NCBI RefSeq assembly: GCF_009914755.1 | Contig: NC_060941.1 | Strand: one strand, 5' to 3' | Length of the DNA: 64,000 bases | Source of the DNA: the human T2T-CHM13v2.0 reference genome, Homo sapiens | Part shown: positions 55,435 through 64,000 of the stretch, in pieces | Layout of the letters: every line of letters begins with the position of its first letter | How positions within the stretch are numbered: position 1 is the first letter of the stretch | The notes under the pieces: generated by a model | Seen by the model: only the letters and a program-made list of their open reading frames with translations | Database searches by the model: none | What the model was told of the DNA's origin: nothing | Program-made: the position numbers and the translations under genes

Positions 55435-56615
55435 TAGCTGCCTCAGCCTCCCAAAGTGCTGGAATTACAGGTGTGAGCCACCGCACCCAGCCTCCCCCTC
55501 CTATTTTATTCAAAACTTTTTTTTTTTTTCCAGTCTCTGGAAGTACTTAGAGCACAAGACCGTGGCTATGAGAGGTTCTTATGCTGCTTTTGTCATCAAT
55601 TCCCCTTCCATTCCCAGCAGTCTCACTGCATTGCAAGTCTCCTGGCAAGAACCTCTCTGCCTTGCCTGTTCTTGCACTAGCTCACAGCCTCAGCCAGGTT
55701 CCTTTCCATAGACCTTGCCCTGCTGCTGCGTAGCAGCAGGCTCAGGTGTCACTGCCACAACTTTGCATCTGCACATGCGCGTGCACTTCAAATAATGCGA
55801 AAGATAGGACACTTGGGACCCTCAAATGTTGGAAACTTAGGATTTTTAATGAGATTTTCTTCTGTGTCTGAAATTATAATATTTGCAAAGGGCCTAAAAC
55901 ACTACCAGTTTTAAACCCCTTATTTTGTGTAATTTGGTGACTATAATCAATAATTCACAGTAATGAGTTAGCAGAAATGGCTAAATCAGAAAATGATTCT
56001 ATATTTAGGCATAGGAGTTATGATTGGCAGGGTGTGTGTAAGGTGAAAAATAAACATATTGAATAGTCTTATGATTAAAGATGATTACAAATTTGACTTA
56101 GTCATTTCTTATCTAGGGCATTTAAAATGACTTGTTAATGATTATCCTTTTCTAAGTCTTCTTGCTTATGAAGAACTGTAAGAGCTGGAGAGATTTCTCT
56201 GCATCTTTTACCATAAGCACCATAACATATGAGAACATAAAGAAGACTGGAAAAGTAATGGTTAATGGCATGCAGATTCCCTGCTTTCCTTTCCTTCTCA
56301 GTTTTCCATCCATCTGCTTTCTTTATTTTTTTCCCATCTGCCATTTCCTTTGGGGCCTAGGTGAATACCTTAAGTAATGAAATATAATTTTTTTCTCGAT
56401 GTAGATGGCAGTAATTGTTTGTTCTTGGTAATTGACATAGCTTGAACTGGATGTGCTATTTATACTTAATTGCTGTAGAAACAGAACTGAAGTTCTTCTA
56501 CTTCCTTTTTGTAAGGCGTGGTTTTCAGTATCTGAATGGAGAAACCAGAGGGCATAGCAGTAATGTAGAGGCATATTCACAATGTTGTTATTAGAGAACC
56601 CAGATACCCTTAAGA

Positions 56616-56824
56616 CAAGCTTGTCCAGCCCATGGCCTTCAGGCCTCAGGACAGCTTTGAATGTGGCCCAACACAAATTCGTAAACTTTCTCAAAACATT
56701 ATGAGATTTTTTTGGAATTTTTTTTTTTAGCTCATTAGTTATCATTATAGTGTATTTTATGTGTGGCCCAAGACAGTTCTTCTTCCAATGTGGCCCAGGG
56801 AAGCCAAAAGATCAGACACCCCTG
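56616..56824. mobile_element. MER30 (hAT-Charlie)
   Basis: GCTTTGAATGTGGCCCAACACAAATTCGTAAACTTTC...TGGCCCAGGGAAGCCAAAAGATCAGACACCCCTG. Confidence 0.85.
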
Positions 56825-57776
56825 CTCTAAGATTTAGATACTTTCAACCACATGGTTTTAGATACTGCTTTAAAGGCCTTCAGTTAGTGAGTGGTTCTAG
56901 TCATCCTAGTTTCTCACCAGGCACAATTTTACTTAAAAATTTGTAACTTTTCTCTCTAAGATAGAATTCTTAAGTATGAAGTGGTGAAATTAGCAATTCA
57001 AATATTATCGCAAGTTTCTGTTGAATTTTAATTTTGTTGTTTTTTATTCTCAGAGAGTCCTAGATAGAGTCTTTGAAGTGGTCTAGTTGCTAAGTACTGT
57101 TTGCTTTTCCATCAGTTAGAGCACATGTGTTTGCATTGAGTCCGATATTTAGGGTTGACTTAAACCACGTCTTGTGAGACAGGCAGGCAAGTAGGATGGA
57201 GTCTTGTGAGTAGTCAGGCTCACTGGTTTTTGCCAAGGGATAAACCAAGAACAAGTTGAAATGTTGTAATCATCGGGATCCTGAAAACAAGTTGCTTGTA
57301 GTCAGCTGATTTGATTGCAAGTAGAAACCGAAAGAACCCCCTCAACTTACATGTAACAGCCAGTGGTAACTAGTGTCTCCATGATCTCATCTTAAACTTT
57401 TCCAATCTCATGACAGTATTTCTCTGCACTTCTGGTGTTGATCCTTACTTCCCAAAATGATTGCTTTCTATTTTTTAGGCCTTCAGACTTATCATCTGGT
57501 TTATACACAGTTTTTCCCCCTTTTTGCTATGTTTATGATCCCATGACTTTATCAAGTTATGGTCCCTGTGCCACTTTTTAAGAGTGTGGCTGACAGGGGT
57601 AGAATCAAATTGAAATTTGGAATGAAAATGATAGAGAAAAACTCTTCTGATTTTTTGTCTTATTGTGCTTTTGAAGAGGATGATTGTTCTGGTTTACTCC
57701 TAGTTTTTGGTCAAACAAGTATTGCCTGGGTATTAGAGTTGGGGAGATGAGGCAATGGAGAAGTTGATTGGACTGG

Positions 57777-57808
<32 letters not shown>

Positions 57809-58830
57809 GGAGCAGCTTCTCCTTTCTGATGGGAGTAAAGGGTGGTAGGATGAGTTCGGTAGAGAGAGGCTAGGAAATGTAGACCTGCGTGTGGGAAGAT
57901 CCTTCTTCATTTCATTGTATAAACTGTCATGGTGGAAGTCATTTTAAATCTTACCAATTAAACCAGCCCATGAACTCTAGTTTGGTTTATTATCTGTTGT
58001 TTTTCCTTCACTTTACTTGATTCTTGAGCTGTGTTCTCAAGAATCCTACAACTGTAAAGCCTATGTGAACTTATTTAGAAGATTCCTAGTCAGAAAATGG
58101 GACATTCAGATATGTTTTTACAGGCCTGCCCAGCTATTGTGCTTCTTATCCTTTTGAAGACATAAATACTCTTTAAATCCCATGGCTTGGATCATTCTAT
58201 AAGTGGCCATGCTGAAAGTTCTCATATTCTGAATTTTAAAGGGGCTGGAAACGTAGATACCTGGAGCTTCCCCTTCTGTCTTTCTCCAGACTTCACAGCA
58301 TTCAAAGACAGTGGCAGTGCCTTGCTTCTTCCTTGGAAAGAGAGCCTCTATCTTTCACATTCTCACGTAGGGAAAATTCTAGTTTGTAGCTGCCTAGAAA
58401 TTAAATGTTCAGAGTATCTGCAGAGTCTCTTCATTATTGCACAGAAAGAAGAGATATTTTAGCTTCCTATCTACATGCAGAGGTATTTCCTGGCACTTTC
58501 ATCATTCATTCAGGGAAACGTAGGAGAGAAAATGGCTTCCACCAAGTAACAGATTTATACATGTCACCATCACTTAATTTTTTTTCCTTTTGCTCCTTAT
58601 TTCTAAAACCATTTCCCCAGATGCTTTACTGGGGCAATTATGCTTTCTTTACCTCAAATTTATTTTCTGTGTTTTCATCCCCTATTCTTCTTGTCTTTTT
58701 ATGGATATATCTTGTCTTTTCGTGGTTTGTTTTCTTTTTCATCCTTATTTTCTGAACCTGTCTCCTGGTTCCTCGTTGCCTGCATGCCACTAACTATTTT
58801 CATTAGATATTAATTGATTTGTGAATTCAG

Positions 58831-58851
58831 GCTGAATTGCATCATCAGCAG
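58831..58851 (+). CDS. ATP6V0A1: Alternative 21-nt 5' extension of exon 6 (AELHHQQ)
   Basis: Upstream acceptor TTCAG|GCT in frame. Matches the 7-aa N-terminal-domain insert I recall for a1 splice variants. Confidence 0.8.
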
Positions 58852-58934
58852 ATGGCGGATCCAGACTTGTTGGAAGAGTCCTCATCCCTCTTGGAGCCAA
58901 GTGAGATGGGAAGAGGCACTCCTTTAAGACTTGG
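58852..58934 (+). CDS. ATP6V0A1: ATP6V0A1 exon 6 (83 nt, short form)
   Basis: CAGCAG| MADPDLLEESSSLLEPSEMGRGTPLRL+GG |GTAAGT. Confidence 0.96.
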
Positions 58935-59146
58935 GTAAGTGCCATGTCAACTTTTCGGTATTCAGTGGGGCCATGTTCATCTCTTCTGTTCAGAAGAGCA
59001 GTGAGACTGGGGATTCACTTGCTACCAGGATATGCCCTCTTCTGAGCCTATTGAGATAGTCCTACAACTCTGGATTCATGCCTGAGTTGCTCTGTCAGCT
59101 CTCTGCTGGGTCCATAAGTGAAGCTGGGAATAAGACTTGTATTAAA

Positions 59147-59584
59147 CCAACCCAAATGTCCATCAATGATAGACTGGATTAAGAAAGTGTGGCACATATA
59201 CACAATGGAATACTATGTAGCCATAAAAAATGATGAGTTCCTGTCCTTTGTAGGGACATGGATGAAGCTGGAAACCATCATTCTCAGCAAACTATCACAA
59301 GGACAAAAAACCAAACACCACATGTTCTCACTCATAGGTGGAAATTGAACAATGAGAACACTTGGACACAGGAAGGGGAACATCACACACCGGGGCCTGT
59401 TGTGGGGTGGGGGGAGGGGGGAGGGAGAGCATTAGGAGATATACCTAATGTAAATGACGAGTTAATGGGTGCAGCACACCAACATGGCACATGTATACAT
59501 ATGTAATGAACCTGCACGTTGTGCACATGTACCCTAGAACTTAAAGTATAATAAAAAAAGATATATATATAAATATAAATAAAA
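59147..59584 (+). mobile_element. 5'-truncated L1PA (about PA3-PA5) 3' end, sense, in intron 6
   Basis: ORF2 C-terminal and 3'UTR sequence with the G-rich tract and GTACCCTAGAACTTAAAGTATAATAAA. TSD AAGACTTGTATTAAA at 59132-59146 and 59585-59599. Confidence 0.93.
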
Positions 59585-59654
59585 AAGACTTGTATTAAAA
59601 CCTTCCATCCCATGACATGGAATAGAGTTTCCAATCTGCCTCTTCTCCCCACAG

Positions 59655-59781
59655 CTTCGTGGCTGGTGTCATTAACCGGGAGCGCATCCCTACTTTTGAG
59701 CGCATGCTTTGGCGGGTATGCCGGGGAAATGTGTTCCTGCGACAGGCTGAAATCGAGAACCCCCTGGAGGATCCTGTGACT
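59655..59781 (+). CDS. ATP6V0A1: ATP6V0A1 exon 7 (127 nt)
   Basis: CCCCACAG| (G)[42 protein letters not shown] |GTAAGA. Confidence 0.97.
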
Positions 59782-60023
59782 GTAAGACAAGGAGATTGCA
59801 TCCTGTGGAGTAGGTCTTGTAAAGGGAGCCCAGAGCAGTAACGTAGCATGGGGCCACCTGAATCCAGTGCTTCCACAGAGGAGCCATTATCTTTATCTCT
59901 GCTCTAATTGGAGAATTTGAAGTACTTCCTCTTAGTTAATTCCTGTCATATATACATATGGATGTATGATGTATACATGACATATACATATTTTCAAGTT
60001 TACCCGTGTAGATGTTATTCTGA

Positions 60024-60251
<228 letters not shown>

Positions 60252-60312
60252 TGATGCCTGGCTAATTTTTTCTGTATTTTCAGTACAGACAGTGTTTTAC
60301 CATGTTGCCTAG

Positions 60313-60411
<99 letters not shown>

Positions 60412-61858
60412 TAATATTCATGTATAAAAAGAGAAGGAGAGATTTCCTAGACTGTGATCTTAATAAGCTGATGAAATTTTACTTGGTAAAGTTTTTTTGT
60501 TTGTTTGTTGGAAGGATTAGAAACTTAGTTTAAGAATAGATATCGCACAAAATAGGATGATCTTCCCCACCCAGTACTTCAGGAAGTAGAAACAGTTTAA
60601 CATCTTGGCATTTGCCATAATGGGACAGAGTTTATCGTCTAAACCTGCATTTAGGTATGGTGAGTCCTGATTTCAGGGAGTACCAGTGAAGATAAATGTA
60701 CTGCAAAAATTTTGCTTTGCTTTTGTACTAGTATTATTTAGAAACCTAAAGTTAGCTTTTCTGTTCTAAATTATCTTGTGAATTTCTTAAATTCGTGTTC
60801 TTTACCTAAAAAGAGAGAGATTGAATTGTGAGATTTCTCAGATTGGGTGGGCTGTGCAGCTGCAGGGCTTTCATCCTCCATGCCGTGGAGGAGTGTGGTT
60901 ACACTTCAGGTGAACCCCCTGCCTAGGGGTGTAGTTTCACAATCTTGCCAAAGGCCATCAGGTTGTGGAAACGTTGTAATTTGTAGTCACATTAATGAGG
61001 AACTTTTCTCAGGAATATTCAGTCAAGTTTCCTCTTGGCAACAGAAAGGTTATTTTATCAACAAATCCAGAAATGGGGACCCTGGATATCTGTAACAGAG
61101 CAGGCTGCACAAAGAATGGGTTCTAGTTTAGCCTACAGAATTTAGGGATTTCAGACCCTTGAGCCCAATTTTCTTCACTCCTCATCCCCTTTTATCCTTC
61201 TAAAGTTTTGTTTGTTATTATAAAAGCTCTACATGCTGTGTATGACTATGAGAAAATACAGGCAACCTGAGACAATCCTGGTTAACACACCATACACCTT
61301 TTTTTCTGATCTTTCCTTCCAGTCCTTGCATCATACTTCAGGTATAAATTTGGTATTTGGAATGGATTACCTTCCTCCCTGCCCCATAAAGTCCAGATTA
61401 GCTTGAATTGTGAGATTCTATATCAGCATTCTTTCCAGGGACTCAGTTCCTTGTAGTTATTCAGCCCCTTTTATCTAAGAATTTCTAAGTCCCAGAACAG
61501 GCAGAAATGGCTTCCTTCTCTTTTCTCTCCTATACTTTCATCATTCAGGCAATATAAGATTTAAAGCTGAATTGGTAAATAAGTCTAAACAGTGCTAAGA
61601 GGAGCATCATCTTAGCTTCAAGCTCCTGGTTGAGTCAAAAAAACAAATAGAGAAAGATTTTTGTGAATTAGAGATTATAGGGCAGATGTTCTTGTAGTGA
61701 AGCTTAGGAAATGGAGTGAGGGCAGTGGTTAAAATGCAGGACTGCCATGTCCTTAAAAGATGCCTGTTGTTCTTGCATCACCAAAAAAGTGGGTTATTTA
61801 AGAGATTTTCATCCAGATACAGAAGTCTGAACTCTTGTTTTTTTATTCTGGGGCCTAG

Positions 61859-61941
61859 GGCGACTACGTGCACAAGTCTGTGTTTATCATTTTCTTCCAA
61901 GGCGATCAGCTGAAAAACAGAGTCAAGAAAATCTGTGAAGG
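61859..61941 (+). CDS. ATP6V0A1: ATP6V0A1 exon 8 (83 nt); the gene continues beyond the window
   Basis: CCTAG| GDYVHKSVFIIFFQGDQLKNRVKKICE+GG |GTAAGA. The cumulative CDS is 716 nt and in frame. Confidence 0.97.
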
Positions 61942-62081
61942 GTAAGAGAGGCATGCCTCTACCAGGAGTGCACAGCCATGCTGCCCAACTGTTGAGTCTT
62001 AAAGTTCACAATAGTGAAATACAAATCCTTTTTAGTCTACCTCAACACAGTTAATTTTAATAATGTTAGGGGCTATTTTAA

Positions 62082-62387
<306 letters not shown>

Positions 62388-63021
62388 TAGAGGCGTGAGC
62401 CACTAAATTCTTTTTCTCTTTTTTTTTTTTTTCTGACCGAGTCTCCCTCCACGCCCAGGCTGGAGTACGATGGTGCGATCTTGGAGCACTGCAACTTCTG
62501 CCTCCCAGGTTCAAGTGATTCTCCAGCCACCCTAGTAGTTGGGATTACAGGTACCTGCCACCACACCTGGCTAATTTTTTTTTTTGTATTTTTAGTAGAG
62601 ATGGGGTTTCGCCATGTTGGCCAGGCTGGTCTTGAACTCCTGACCTCAGGTGATCCACCCACTTCAGCCTCCCAAAATGCTGAGATTACAGGTGTGAACC
62701 ACTGTGCCTGGCCCTAAATTCATTTTAAAAAATACCATCAGAACCACAGTTGTGGCCAGATACAATGGCTCATGCCTGTAATCCCAACACTTTGGGAGGC
62801 CAAGGCAGGAGGATTGCTTGACCCCAGGATTTGAAGACCAGCCTGGCCAACTTAGTGAGACCCCATGTCTATAAAAAACTAAAAACTGAAAAAAAAGGAC
62901 CATAATTTCCTTAACTTGGGGAAAAATAACTCTTAAGGACTCATGGTTTATAAATGCCATATTATTCTGGGACAGTGAGTCTCCATACTTAGCATAGATG
63001 CTATGTCCTTAAATTTTCTGA

Positions 63022-63313
<292 letters not shown>

Positions 63314-63465
63314 TAAGCCACTGTGCCTGGCCTTTTTTTTGTTTTATTTTTGTTTTGAGGCAGGGTCTCACTCTGTTGCCCAGGCTAAAGTGCAGTGGCA
63401 TGATCACAGCTCACTGCAGCCTTGACTTCCTGAGCTCAGTTGATTCTCCCACCGCAGCCCCATGA

Positions 63466-64000
<535 letters not shown>

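Noticed and set aside
59118-59348. ORF with L1 ORF2 C-terminal sequence
   Set aside because: Part of a 5'-truncated L1PA with no promoter, endonuclease or reverse transcriptase.

Overview
Primate DNA (human or great ape; the visible protein sequences match the human proteins as I recall them) from the CAVIN1 (PTRF)-ATP6V0A1 locus, human 17q21.2. The two genes are divergent, with promoters about 35.5 kb apart. CAVIN1 exon 1 (157 codons), its CpG-island promoter and part of intron 1 lie on the minus strand at about 1-4800. ATP6V0A1 (V-ATPase V0 subunit a1) non-coding exon 1 and coding exons 2-8 lie on the plus strand from about 40.1 kb; the gene continues past the window end. The intergenic DNA and introns are saturated with Alus, plus old L1, MaLR/ERV1 LTRs, DNA-transposon fossils, a full-length SVA and a U7 snRNA retropseudogene. 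Nearly all entries in the ORF track are Alu/SVA artefacts. I see no evidence for a new gene system. The most unusual signals are: (1) a perfect 102-bp inverted templated insertion with a fold-back junction inside an Alu upstream of CAVIN1; (2) an apparent Alu-Alu-mediated inversion of about 0.8 kb inside an MLT1A LTR; (3) a compact AP-1/TEAD/CArG enhancer candidate; (4) a multi-acceptor 3' splice region with an AG-free zone before ATP6V0A1 exon 6; (5) a sense L1PA poly(A) cassette in the short intron 6. All coordinates were read by eye. Repeat subfamily names come from recalled consensus sequences and need RepeatMasker confirmation.
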